DNA of 64,000 bases from Piromyces finnis finn. Taxonomy: Eukaryota; Fungi; Neocallimastigomycota. The stretch covers positions 124,001-188,000 of the forward strand of contig MCFH01000029.1 of assembly GCA_002104945.1 (NCBI GenBank). Direction: 5' to 3'. The notes beneath the pieces are model-generated. The model did not search any database, was not told where the DNA came from, and was given only the letters and a program-made list of their open reading frames with translations. Positions 11,821 through 26,600 of this stretch are shown piece after piece (position 1 is the first letter of the stretch; the number at the start of each line of letters is the position of its first letter). The position numbers and the translations under genes are program-made.

Positions 11821-13206
11821 TTTAATAAATCTAGATTTATTTTACAAAATATAATTTTGTAAAAAATTGAAAGAATAAAAATTTATAAATAAAAAAATAA
11901 TTAATTTTAAATAACCAGAAAAAAGAATAATCGTAATTTAAAATTAATAATACAAAAATAATTGGCTATTTAAATTAAACTTTTTTTAATCTTTTTATAA
12001 TATAATAATAATACATTTTAGTATTAAAGCCAATAATCTTATTAAATATATATTTTTATAATTGAATGTAAGAATAAAAAAAAAAAAAGAAATATACATC
12101 CATATATATATATTTATACTGTTATAAAGCGTTAGTAATAATATTCAATATTATGTAATAATAAGAAAAAGTAAAAAAAAAAAACGTTTATCATATTATA
12201 AATAAATGGAAATTAAATTAATTATATAAATAAATTTACATTTATTTACTATAAATATTCATAAAGTTTCTTATATATTATTAATAATAATTTATTATAT
12301 TTTTTACAAACTTTAAATCTAAAAAAAAAAAAAAATACATCTTAATATTTAAATAAAAAAAAGTTTTTTAATCATTATGATTTTGTATGGACTATCAATT
12401 CCAATAGTATACTATTTCAAAAAGTAATTAAGCTTATTTAAAAAAAATGAAGATAAGGAAAAATTCAATATTTAATATGTTTGATTAGATTATAATTTAA
12501 TAAAGAATAAATAATAATTAAAATAATTAACTCAAAAAACTTTTATAGCAATATATGTTATTGTTATTCCTTAAATGGTGTTTCAAAAAAAAAAAAAAAA
12601 AAAAAAAAAAAGTATTAGTTTGTACTATTAGATTGTTACAAGGATGATGTATTTGATTTTTTTAGTTAATTTTTTCTTTAGTAATAATTATATAAAAAAA
12701 TAAATACCCAATTCAAAGTTAGTTTTATTCAATTAGTGTGAATATAATTTAATTTTAATTTAATCTTATATCCTATACCTTTTTTTTTTTTTTTCAAAAT
12801 ACTACTATAATTATAAACAGTAATAAATCTTAATTTAATAAAAGGATTTATCTAATGTTTAAAAATTAATTAATTAAAAATTATTTATATTTTTCAAAAT
12901 AAAAAAAATATACATATATACATATAATGTATTATTAAGAATTTTATGATCTATTATAACATTATAGTAGTATAATCATATTAAAATTCTCTTGATACCA
13001 CCTTTTCATTCTTATGATTTTAAATTGATTATTTAGCCTATATTCTTTATTTCATTGATATATCAATAATACTATCACTCTTTTATAATCATATTGGTTA
13101 TCAAAAAATTTTAATAGTATTTTTCATTTTATTTATAAATTTATTAAATTAATTTACATTTAAATTAATATTTGGTTTAATAACAATTTATATAATTTAT
13201 ATAATG

Positions 13207-13237
<31 letters not shown>

Positions 13238-14424
13238 AAACATTTACACTTGTGATAAAAAAAAATAGTTCTTAACAATAAATATTCACTTAGGATCATA
13301 TAGATAAATGAATAGGGTTAGAATAAATATAATTTAATAGTTTTTAATTAACTAATAAATAAAAATTATCAATGTGTAAGATTTTAATTAGAAAGTTTTT
13401 CCTAATATACTTTTCTTTTTTTTTTTTTTTTTTGTTGTTGTTGTTGTTATCTTTTTAAATGGATTGATAGGTAAAACGTAATAACTAACATTTTTTAATA
13501 GATGATTAGCATAACATTATTAATATATTTAATAGTATTAAGAGTTAGTACAACAATTTAAGCATACAAAAAGACACTCTACAAGAAGCATTTGTTATAG
13601 TAATTTAATAATACTTATTCTATTCTTGAAATAAATAAATCTTAACTTGTTAAGTTATTGGTTTCTTTAGAGATAAAAATTATAAAATTATATAACATTT
13701 GTTTTTTTTTTTTGTTTTTTTTTTTTTTTGTGATTTTTTGTATCAAACATTCCAATAGCTTTCACTTTTTTTTTTATATATATATACTTTCTAACAAAAA
13801 ATAAGATATTAAATCGTTGTAAAAAAAAAAAATTAAAAAAAAAAAAATGATAATAATAATAAAATAAAAAGTTAACCATTTATATATAAAGCAGTACTTT
13901 TAATTTTTTTAATTTTTTTCTCATTTTTATTTTTAAAAAATTATTTATAATAATTTATATTATATATAAAAAAAATAAAAAAAATAAAAAAAAATTCAAA
14001 AATATATAATATTCCTTTAAAAAATGATGAATTTTAGTTAAGAATAAGATAATTGGTATCAGCCAAATTAAGAAAACATAATAGATTATATTTAATATAG
14101 ATATTATCAAAATTTGGCAATATCATTATTTCTTTACAAAATCAACTTTTGGAACATATAATTCTTTTTTTTTTAAAAAAAAAAAAAATAGTTATTAGGT
14201 ACATCTTTTGATTTTAATTTGGTTGCTTTTTTTTTGTTTGTTTGTTTGGTTGGTTGGTTTGTGTTTGACTTTTGCTTTTTGTTTTAACGGTTTTATAATT
14301 CTTTGTAAAATTAATAGTTATTATAGATTATTATTATTATTAAATATTGTATTTTTTTTTTTTTTTTTTTTACAATTGTTATTTTTTTGTTTTAAACAAA
14401 AAAAAAAGGGGGGGTTAGTAAATT

Positions 14425-17400
14425 TTAAAGTAAAATACCATCTACATTGTTCTTGGTAATTTTAATTTTATTAAGGTCTTTTTCGTTAAATTTATTTAAA
14501 TTAATTCTTAAGCTACTATCTTCACTATTTTCATAAGTGACGAATGTTTTTTTGGGTGAAGGAATATTAATGTGAACTTGTTTAGGACTTCTTAATAAAC
14601 CATCCTTAGAAACTCCTGGATTAACAGTAGCTGAAGGTCTTGTATTAGATACACTAAGATAAAGTGGACTCATTCGTTTTAACCCAAATTTATTACGCGT
14701 AGTACTAGAAGTAAACTTTGGCGATGATATAACTTGACCAACTAAAGATGGACTACTAATTAATCCACTACTAGTTTTACTGGATCGAGCATTATTCTTT
14801 ACTTCAAAATTAAAACTAGCTTCAACTATATTACTAACTTCTGTTACAATTTCCTCATTTTTACCAACACTACTTACGCTTATGTCCATATCTTGCATGG
14901 CTTGACTTCCACCTACATTACTAATATTTGGGACAGCTGAAATTCTATCTATTGATTCATTTGCGTCATCAATACTTGTTAAACTAATATCTGGTTCTTC
15001 GATCTTAGAAAGATAGGATAATCCCATCTTTTTATTTATATCATCCTTAGAAACAATCATACCAGAAGCGGCAGTAATTGAATTAATTTCACCACTTTCT
15101 TCATCAATACCACCTAAACTCATACTTAATGGTTGACCTGATTCTGTACTAATTTCAGTAGGATTCACGGTTGGTGATCTAGAAAGAGGACTGCCAAGTA
15201 ATCCAGTTGTTTGAACATCAAAAGACTTTGATGGATGCGTAGCATAAGATTTTGATGGCTGTTGAGCATCAAAAGAACGACGACCACATTGATTATTCTT
15301 CGATTTAGAAAGTTGGACATCAAATGATCTTGAATATGATTTGTCATTTAATTGAGAATCGCATGTTGTGGTTAAGGAGGATAGATTATGATCTGGAACT
15401 TCATTTTGATTAGCATAACCTACAAATTGATTATTTCTTAAATTATTTAGAGTCCTAAGGTATAAATCTTTATTTAATTCAACATTGCCGCCTGCATCAA
15501 AGAAATTTTTTTGTCGTGATGAGGAAAAAGAATGGATTGTTGATAAAGTGTCATTTTTTGAATCTAAACTTTTAAAGCTGGTATTTTGTAGTAAAGACGA
15601 CTCATTATGATTATTGTCTTTGTTTTGTGATGGATGGCCCAAATATAAATTTTGTGGGGAAGAAAATGGTGGTACATGGTCAAAATCATCTCTTTGATCA
15701 TGATTATAATCTGATGATTGCGAATGGCTCAATGAAGAACGATGAAGATAGGTTCTGGAACCACGATCTAAATTAACATTCTCATAATTATTATAATAAT
15801 CAATTTTATAATTAGTATTTAAATAGGTAGCAGAATTTGCCATATCAGATGACATTCTTATTCTTTTGGTATTACTTTCCTTTCTTCTTTTTACTATACA
15901 ATAAATTAAAAATGAAATCAAAAGTAAAAGTAGCAATATAATGATAATTAATATAACGGTCCATTTATTAGACTTTTTTGAAGATTTTTCAAAAATATAC
16001 GGATCATCGACTTCTTTTTGAGTTTCTACTTCATAGGTAGTAACGGATAATCTAAGTTTTCCATTTTCTTTTTTAAAATCTAATACCCCAAAGGTTGCGG
16101 TGAAAGTTTGATTATAGTATTGTATATAGTCTGGAGTATCTTCAATAAATCCAAAAAATTTACTACCTGTCGAACAATTTGCAGTGATGTAAAGTGTTCC
16201 TTTTGGATCATTATAAACTTTATTCTTTTCAATCTCATTAATTTTATAAGGATCATAATACTTTTGTGAATATGAAATAAAATGAGATGTAGAGTAAACA
16301 TGATCATGCCCATTAATAACCAAATCAAATGCATTCTCATAAAATAATTCAGTTAAACACGGACGTAAAGTATTTGTGATATATTCTTCCTTGGAATGTG
16401 TATTACCATTTCCATAAATATCATGATGAAACATTGCAATCCGCCAATCTGCTTCAGGATATTTATTTACAGCATCATTGATAACCTTTTCAAAATCTTC
16501 ACAATTATTATAATTGGTCTCTAATACAATAACTAATACATTATTATATTTAAAAAAATAACTATAACCAGGAATAATGCCACCAAAATCACGTTGTTGG
16601 GTGTACTTTGGTGTAGTAAATGCATTAGGGGGATTGAAATGATATCTATGATTATTTGTGTAAGACTCGTGATTTCCTACAGCAACAGCGGAGGGAATAG
16701 TTTTTAACAATTCCGGAAGAAGAAATGCAGAATATTGAGTTTCTTGATTAAAATGATTTTCATCATTCATTTCATAACAATCAGTATCTGCTTGATCACC
16801 AGCAGATAAAAATACACTTGGTTCCTTTGTATAGACAAAAGAATTAGTAACAGTCAAGTTCCAATTGAAAGCATCATTTCTTGTACCTTCTGAAACTGTT
16901 AATGGTTTGGTTTTATTTGAAACAGAAAGACGACCATTGGAACCACCGATTTGTGGATCACCAACAAAAATGAAGTTAAAATTATCAGGATCATAAGTAG
17001 AAAACTTAACTGGATCTTCCCATTCACCATTCAAATTTCTTTGGTAATAATATGTTGACTTACGATTTAATCCAGTAATAGTAACTTTATTAGAATAATA
17101 TGGTGTACCCACTAATTCTTTAAAATATGTATTAACTCCTGAAAATTCTTTTGCGTCAGACATATCTTCATTTAAACTATAACGAATTAATGGTAAGATA
17201 GCGGTTGTAGAGTACCAACCAAAATTAAGCATAGATTCATCTTCACCAACAAAAACAGAAAGACGTTCAAAATTATTTTTATATTCATTATCCCATTTTT
17301 GTTTAAAAGCGTTCCATTCATTTCTTGTTGCATCAACTTTTTCACGATCATTCCATCTTGATGTACTATTCCTAAATCCACACCAATTATCATTTTCTAA

Positions 17401-18050
17401 ACCCCTATTAAACGTCATATAGTATTAAAAGATATACATTATTTAATACATAAAAAACTATTACATTATAAGAAAATATATTATTACCATTCTCCATCCA
17501 TATTTATTATTTCTCTTTTTCCATTATCATTTAGACAACATCCATAGCCTTGGTCTATTTAATTAAATTTAAAAGAAAAAAAAAAAAAAAAACATTAATA
17601 TCAATATATTATAAATATTTATTAATAAATTTATAAAAATTTATTTTTTTTAAACCTATATAATTTGCCCAACAATATTCATTAGAATCGGCATTCGAGG
17701 TGTTTATATTACTTTCAGATATAATACCACACCAGCTATAATTTTCTAAACCCCTGAATATTATAATATATTATAAAAGTTAACTACTTGAATTTTTATG
17801 CTTTATTATTAGCTGTATATAAATACTATACCAAGAACCTCTATTATCAGTAAAGTCAATCTTTACTCCTGGCGAACAGCTAATATATAAAATTATAATG
17901 TTAATTTATTTATCTTTTTTAGAACAATAATATAATTATTTCACAACTATAAAATGATTATTACCAAGGAAAATTATATTGTTCTGACCAACATTCATCT
18001 GACTTGGCATATGAAATTAGCAGTAATATCCCAAGAATTATATTTTTCAT
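14425..18050 (-). CDS. Signal peptide + 2 fungal dockerin domains + FN3/purple-acid-phosphatase-like metallophosphoesterase + TM helix + long Ser-rich cytoplasmic tail (1092 aa, 5 exons)
   Basis: Exons 18050-17965, 17879-17832, 17753-17656, 17554-17488 and 17404-14425 splice in frame (3279 nt). N-terminus MKNIILGILLLISYAKS; dockerins CWSEQYNFPCCSPGVKIDFTDNRGSWGLENYSWCG and CWANYIDQGYGCCLNDNGKREIINMDGEWGLENDNWCG. Calcineurin-like motifs GDPQ, GDQAD, GNHES, FHHD, GHDH. TM WTVILIIIILLLLLLISFLIYCIV followed by KRRK. Confidence 0.92.
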
Positions 18051-18563
18051 TTTTATTATTATTATTATTATTTATATTATTTTCATAAAAATGAATTATT
18101 TGTTTTTTTATTGTTTTTTTTTTTTATATAAATTTTATTATATTTTTTTTAATAAAAAAAAACTTTATATCTTTTTCTATTATTTAATAATTACAGAGTT
18201 TTCGAGATTTTTTAATTTATTTATTTAAATAAAAAAAAAAAGTGTGTTTAACTCAATTAAACAATACTATAAAAAATAATTATTTTACAATTTTAATATA
18301 ATTGTCATTTAAAATAAAATAACTATGTACAAATAAATTTTTAAATTTTAAATTTCTGATTGATTCTTAAATATTTTGAAAAAGCATAATAGATGATTAA
18401 TTTATCTAAAAAAATAAAATCTTGCTTTTTAAATAATTGAATAAAATATTTATTTGTTTTATTTTATCTTGTATTATTCCTTCTTTTTTTTTTTTTTAAT
18501 AGAATAAATAAATTATTTTTATATATTTAAAAATTATTATAAAACCAGTTTACTTTTATTTTC

Positions 18564-18720
<157 letters not shown>

Positions 18721-19338
18721 AAATCATATAATGGTTATACAACTAGGTATACTATCATTAAGTCAAATGCACAATATAAAATTTGAAATTTAAATTTTAG
18801 AATTTTTTGTCTTCAATTTTAAATTTGTTTCTTTTTCTTTAAAGAATAATTATTTGTTTTCCTTTCTTTTACAATTTCTGTTTTAATTTACTTTTTTAAT
18901 TATTTTATTTTATTTTTTAGTTTCTTTAAATTTTATTTAAAATACTAATATTTGTGTGTGCGTGTGTTTTTGGTGTGTGTCTTTTACGCAAATTTTGTTC
19001 ATTATTTTTTTTATTATCATAAAATAAAAAAAAAATGTTTAAAAAATTAGAATAAAAAAAAATGATAAAATTATAAAACTATAATAATTATTATTTTAAA
19101 AAAACATTATAATATAAAATTTAGCAATGTAATATGATAATAATCTAATATTATGATGGATATATTATATTATTTAAATTAAAACCAATATTACTATTAA
19201 ATTTAGAAGTGTAACACCACCAATAAAATATATAAAAAAACTGTATTTACTATTATTTTAAATTTCATTCTACTTTTTTAAAATTTATAAATATGATTGG
19301 TTAAAATATATTAAGAAAATTTGTTCATAATTTTTTGT

Positions 19339-19528
19339 TAATGGTTACACAAATTTAAGATCTTCAATATTCATATTGAAAGGATTAGGCTAAAGAGGTA
19401 TTGAAGATAAGAATTTTACCTCACATTACGCATACCATACTACTTCATCTTTAACTATATTATCTAGTGTCATTGTAGATAAATCAAAAATTGCTATTTA
19501 TAAAGAATGTGAAAATGGATTTAGTTAA
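19339..19528 (+). pseudogene. Unidentified degenerate coding fragment
   Basis: NGYTNLRSSIFILKGLG*RGIEDKNFTSHYAYHTTSSLTILSSVIVDKSKIAIYKECENGFS*: coding-like GC content with a single internal TAA at 19391. Confidence 0.3.
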
Positions 19529-20459
19529 AGCTATTATTCATATTATTTTTATATAATAATATTAAAAAAGTATAAACTCCTTTTATATTAAATGTTTAAA
19601 ATGTTTTAACAACAATCTTTTATATAGAAGTTAAACTTACATATATATAAGTCTTTTAATTCGAATATTCAACAATAAAAAAACTTTTATAACTAAAAAT
19701 CAGAAAAAAAATAAAAATAAGCACAATTATTATGAATTAGAAATCGTTTTTCTTTTTTATATAAGCATTCTAATTAATTATAATTAAATGTTTAACCAAC
19801 TTTAAAAGAAAAGTAATTATTATAATTAAATGTTTAGCTTATTTTAAAATAATTATTATAATTAATATAGATCACACTAATTCTTATATTTAATATCTAA
19901 TTATTACATAGTCACATTTCATATGCTCACAATCATACAAAATTTAATTATCTTTTCTTTTTATATCGAGTGTTATAAGATACTATTTAAAAGTGTATTA
20001 TAAATGCATTATTATATAAATAATAGTAACTTAACCTAAATTTTTTTTTAATTCATTAACCTAACCATCATAGATATATTTTTATTCTTATTCTAATAGA
20101 ATATAACAGAGTTTTTCATTATTAAATATAATATAATTGTTTTTTATCTTAATAGAATATAACAGAGTTTTTCTTTATTAAAAAATATAACTATTTTTAA
20201 GAATTAGTAATGCAAAAGTGAGAAATATTATTATTTCCAATAATTTTTTCAAATAAATCATTTTGTTATTTTATAATTATTTTATATTTAAAATAATAAT
20301 TTATTTATAAATATATATATTATATTTTTTTAAATTTTATTAAATATATATTTTTTAAATGTTATTTCGTATAGTTTTGTTATAAAATAATATTATATAT
20401 TATTTTATTATTTATATTTTAAAATAATAATTACAAATAAAAATTTTATTGCCTTCTTT

Positions 20460-20510
20460 CAACAACAACAACAACAACAACAACGATAACAACAACAAAG
20501 ATAACAACAG
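20460..20510 (+). repeat. (CAA)n microsatellite, degenerate
   Basis: caacaacaa...cgataacaacaacaaagataacaacag read directly. Confidence 0.85.
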
Positions 20511-22371
20511 AATTAAGTATTCGATTTTATGTAGCACAAAAAATTAATAATTTAGGAGAATAAAGTAAAAATTCGGAATATTAAAAGAAAATCGGAAAAT
20601 AATCTAAATGAATATTTAAATATTTATAAATAATTTTTATATCAAATTAATCATAGTTAATAATTACTATAGATTTAAAGTATATAATTAATAAAGTATT
20701 TGTATTAATTATTTGTAAAAAGGAAAAGATAATTATTTATTTTTAGAGACAAATAAAATGGATTATATCTTGTTTAATTCAAATTTATAAAGTAAATCAG
20801 AAGGACATTGACGATTTTTATGTTAATAAAGTCCAAATTAAAATATTAGAGCAACATTTTTATAATTAGATATTTATTTTATTATTCAATTATATTTTAT
20901 ATTATATATATATTATATATATATTTTTTTTCATAAATATAAGTTACAGAAAAAAAAAACAAAAAAAAAACAAAAAAAAAAAAAAAAACATAATAAGCTT
21001 GAGTAAAAAAGAAGTTATTATTTTAAAGAGATTTATAATTTTTTTTAAATATAAAGGAATATATATAATATATATATATATTTATAATATTTTATATTAA
21101 TGTCATTGTATTATTGTACAATTAACAATTATTCTAAAAAAAGACTTATTCTAAAAAATTATAATCTATTTGTTAGAAAAAAAATCATGTCATAAATAAT
21201 TTATATTAACTATAAACTTTGTTAATTAATTAGAGTTTAATATTAGTTTGCTTGCTGTGAATAATCATTACAAATTTTATATTTTCATTTTTCATTGTAC
21301 TATTAAAGAACTTTAAAAAAAAAATAAATTAACTGCATTTTTAATTAAAAAATTTCTATTTAATTACTAGATTTAAAAATTTAAAAATCATTTCATTTTA
21401 TTCTTAATTTTATAATTATCTGTATTTATATTTTTAAATAATATATATTATTATTATTATATATGTATATATGTATAAATGCTAGTATTTTCAAAGCTTT
21501 AAATATTTAACATTTCTATTGATAATATATATATATTTAACGTTTTATGTTAGAATTATTAAGAATACAATATCGTAATACTATGAATATAAAAATAATT
21601 TTAATTTTTTTTTTAAAAAATTTTAAAATTATATTGTTACTATTATTTTAGAGTTGTTTTCTTTCAACAACAATTAAAGTTTTTTGGTATTGATTATTTT
21701 CAATACTTTAACTATATTGTGTATATTTTTTTATTTTTATATTATTTATCAATTATAATTATTGATAATAATGTCAAAACATAATATATATAAAATTGTA
21801 TTTTATATTTTATTAATATAAGCTTTTTTTTTATTTTTATTTTTAATTTTTTTTTTTTTTTTTATTTTTATTTTTTTTTATTTTTTTTTTAAATACTTGT
21901 AGTTTTTTTAATGATAGTAAAATAGCATAATATTTAGTGTATTAAATAAATACTATTTCTTTTTAAACGGCAATAAAACTTTCAATATAATGAATTTTTA
22001 AAAAATTCATTATATATAAAAAAAAAATAAAATTATTTTCTTTCTTTTTATATACCAATTAACACGGATAAAACATAAAAATATATTAATATTATATACC
22101 ATATTTAATATTTACCTATTTGTTCGAATAATAAAAATTTTTAAAATATAAATATTGCTTATATTTATAACATTAGCAGATAGAGCGTAAAATAATTCCT
22201 TATTATTAATATTTCAACGATTTTACTATATAAGAATACATTCCATTATTTTAAATATTATTTTTATATTCAATTGGTGTAAACATTTTTCATTTATTGA
22301 TATACCTTTCAATATATATTTCAAAAAATCTCGGGATTACTTATAATATAATAGTTATATATATTAGAAAA

Positions 22372-23603
22372 ATGGAGAACGAAAATAATACTAATAGCCA
22401 TAATAATAATAGCAATAATAATAATGATATTAATATACCGATATCAAAATCAAATCTAATAACTAATGAAACCATAAATATACCTAATAAAAATAGTAAG
22501 ATTAATATATAACTATTTTTTAAAAATTTTTGTTATTAAATATAATGAATTCAAAGTAGAAATGATAAAATAAAAATTTGAAAATTAAATAATATTATAA
22601 ATAAAAAAGTATACACTTTTAAAATTACTTTTTTTTTTTTTTTTCAACATAATATACTTTATTTATAAATGTATAATTTAATTATTTTTAAAATTTTATT
22701 AGAATCTTTACATATAAGAGTAGATAGTTCAAAGTCTTTTCATTACGCAAAGACAGAAAGTAATATTTCTTTAAATGATGATTCCAATAAGGAAATTAGA
22801 GAAATAAGATACCCAATACCGTTATCTCAAATAAAGAAATTATCAAATTATGTAAAAACAACTAAATATACTTTATTTACTTTTCTTCCACTAAATTTAT
22901 GGCAACAGGTAATGACATATATAATATAAAATTATTAATAAAATTTAACTAGTTTATTAACTATTTTATATGAATGACAATTAATATAAATTTATGTAAT
23001 AATTATGGCTATGATAATATAGTTTCATAGATTATCAAATTGTTATTTTTTATTAGGTATATTAGCAACCATGACTGGATATAGTTCTATTAATCCTGCA
23101 TCACAATCTATTCCTTTAATATTTGTTTTAGGCGTAACTGCAATAAAAGACGCATTCAGTGATTATGTATATAGATATAGATACAAATTATTATTTTTAT
23201 TTTACTATTTAGCATTTTAATAATAAAATGTATAAACTTTCTTATTTATTGGATTATTACTTTATTATTCTCATAAAATGATAGAATCGACATGTACAAG
23301 ATAAAAAGGCAAATCTAGAATATTATACAATTTGTAGAAATGGAAAAATACAAAAAATATATTGTCAAGATATAAATCCGGGGGATATTGTAAATATATA
23401 TTAATAAGGATAAAAATATTAATTATCATTAGTGTAAATACTAATGTATTTTAATTGTTATTTAATAGTTAATATTAGAAAAAGATGATAAGATACCAGC
23501 AGATAGTTTATTGATAGCATCCTCAAATGAAGAAAATGAATGTTATATTGAAACTTCTGATCTTGATGGGTATTTTTTTCAATAATTTCTTTTATTTAAG
23601 AAT

Positions 23604-23634
<31 letters not shown>

Positions 23635-26600
23635 GTTATTATAAGGAATTCTCTTTTTCTAAGTTTTATTATTTATCAAATTATTATTACTTTTTTTTTA
23701 TTATCTTCGATAGTGAAACAAATTTAAAACATTGCGTCTCTCTACCTCAACTATCTTTTTTACGTGGTATAGACGAATTTAATAATATAGAGTGTATTGT
23801 TCGATGTGAACCACCTAATGATAGTTTTTCATCATTTGATGGAACTATTTCTCTTCATAAATTAAATTCTTCAACATCTTCATCACAGGAATCAAGCTCA
23901 ACTGAACTCATACCTTCTGGTGATAGTAGTTATAATGATTCTAATAATAATAGTTGTACAACTGTTGATGTATCTGAAGAGAGTAGTTCCACTAACAGTC
24001 ATCGTCTTCATACACCACTAAAATATATTGAACGATATAATTCATTTAAAGCGAAAGCTTTTGATAAAGAGCTACCTATTTCTTCTGATCAAATTTTATT
24101 TAGAGGATCTGTTTTAAGAAATACTAATTGTATATATGCCTTATCACTTTATACTGGTAAAAACACCAGAATATTTTTAAATTCTAAACAAACTGGACTA
24201 AAGTTTAGTAGTACAGAACATAGAATAAATATGTTCCTAGTTATAATTATTATATTCAATATTATACTATTGGCTATATCCATAACTATTGATGTTAAGT
24301 TCAAAAGACGATTAAGAAAGAATCGTTCAAGATATGGTTCAAGAAATTATCATTGGTATTTAGATAAATATGAAAATCAATCAATTTTTGAGGACAGTAT
24401 TAAAAGTTTTTTTTCCTTTTTCGGATTGTATTCTTATCTTGTTCCAATAAGTATATTTGTTACTTTAGAAGGGGTTCGTGTCCTTCAAACAAAAATTATG
24501 GAATGGGATCATCGATTAATGGGAAAACGAATTGTTACTGTTCATCCAAATTCTGGTTCAAAAAATATTAATAATACTGTTATGAATCTTGATAATGATC
24601 CAAATCTACCTGAAAAATGTGACTCTAAAAGATCCACTTCTTCTACCGAATTACGATCAATCGAATCATTACAAGGTCGAAAAAATAATAAAAGTACAAG
24701 AAAGACAAAAAAAAATAATGAAAAAAAAATAAAAGCAGCTCATAATGATGAAAAATCCAATGAAGATATAAATAATGATAGTTCAAAAACATTGGAAACA
24801 CAATCCTTACTATCTGAATCCACTTCACTTCAATTAAAAGAAAAACATCTTACTGTACAAAATAATGGTAAACAACGTCAAGTGGAGCAACCATGTCAAG
24901 GTCAATTTAAAACAACAAAACAAATTGAATGGGTACCAATGAAAGCAAATAGTTTTAACCTTGGTGATGATTTAGGTCAAGTAGAATATATTTTTAGTGA
25001 TAAAACCGGTACATTAACACAAAATTTTATGAAACTTTCTAAATGGTGTATTAATGGGGTAGTTTTTGATGGATCTAATGATAATGAATGCTTTTCAAAG
25101 ATTATTCACAATAAAACTGAGATGGCTAATGATTCTGAAATGAATGACTATATATATGAATACTGTCGTGCTATTACTACATGTAATATGGTTATTCCAA
25201 CGCAAAATCATCAAAATAATCATATTGACTATGAAAGTCAATCACCAGATGAAGTAGCTCTTATCCAAGGATTAACTCGATGTGGTGTTCAACTTTTAAC
25301 CCATACCAAACATGATATTTCTATTCAAATTTTTGATGCTTATGAAGAATTTACGATCGAGATGTTAACTGAATTTTCTAGTGATCGTAAACGCATGAGT
25401 ATTATAGTAAAGGATAAAAATAACCAGTATACTCTTTATTGTAAGGGAGCTGATGATGTTATTATGGAAAGACTTTCTACCGATCCTAACGTAAATACAA
25501 AAAATTTGATAGCATCAACAAGATCTTCATTGAAAGAATTTAGTCAAAACGGTCTTAGATGTTTAGTAGTGGCAATGAGAAAATTTGATCAAGATGAAAT
25601 TGAACAATTTTTAGAACAATATAGAGTAGCCGAAAATAGTATTGGAAATCGTAATCAAAATGTTAATAAAGTTGTAAATTCTATTGAAAAAAATTTAAAA
25701 TTGCTGGGGGTCACAGCAATTGAAGATCAATTACAGGATGAAGTTCCAGAAACTATTGATTATTTGATTCATGTAACATTTAATATTTATATATATTTAT
25801 TATATTTTTATAATATATTCCTTAATTTAATCTTTTTTTTTTTTTTTTTTTTTATAATACTACTATTACTACTGTTACTATTACTAATACTATTCTTCTT
25901 CTTCTTCTTCTTCTTATTATATTTTTTTTTAAAATATTGCATAATTAAATCAATTAATATTTATTGCTATGATCATGTTTCATTATCCTAATAGTGTGGA
26001 ATAAAATTTTGGCTTTTAACAGGAGATAACCAAGATACAGCAATTAATATTGGATCTTCATCTAAATTAATTTCAAAAGATACAAATTTAATTGTTATTA
26101 ATGCTCATTCTGCTTCTCATTGTGGAAGACTTTTAGATAAACAAATTGCGAGAATGAAAGAAAGAGGAGAATGGGGTAGACTTTTTCTTGGTAAGCCTAA
26201 TTGTAATGATACTTCATTATGCGATCAAGAAAACTTTAAACCAAAAGATAATAAGTGTATTGAACATCTATGGAAAAAAAATGCTTTAGTTGTTTCTGGT
26301 ACAACACTTAAATTTATATTTGATCAAGATGTATTACCACCTTCAAATAATCAAGTTAATAGGAGTAAATTAAATGCCACTTTACCTAAACTAGATGATG
26401 ATGGCAATGTCATTGAAAACGGTCGAACGATAACAAAATTTAATCAATCCATGGAAAAAATATCTTTTATTCGCTGGATTAAAAATTTGTCTCATCGTAA
26501 ACGTTCAAGAACAATATATCCGGATGAGGATAATCAAGAAAATGAACCTAATGATGGTACAAAAAGTTTATTTTCGACAATTTCCAGTCGTTCCACAGCT

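Noticed and set aside
20460-20640. TAA codons within a poly-Gln frame suggesting stop-to-Gln recoding
   Set aside because: Genuine genes here terminate at TAA, TAG or TGA and use CAA for Gln. The tract reads equally well as Asn repeats or a decayed microsatellite.
21985-22015. 31-bp near-perfect palindrome (also the 14-bp GATAATCGATTATC at 33708-33721)
   Set aside because: Such palindromes are expected fairly often in DNA this AT-rich and there is no supporting context.
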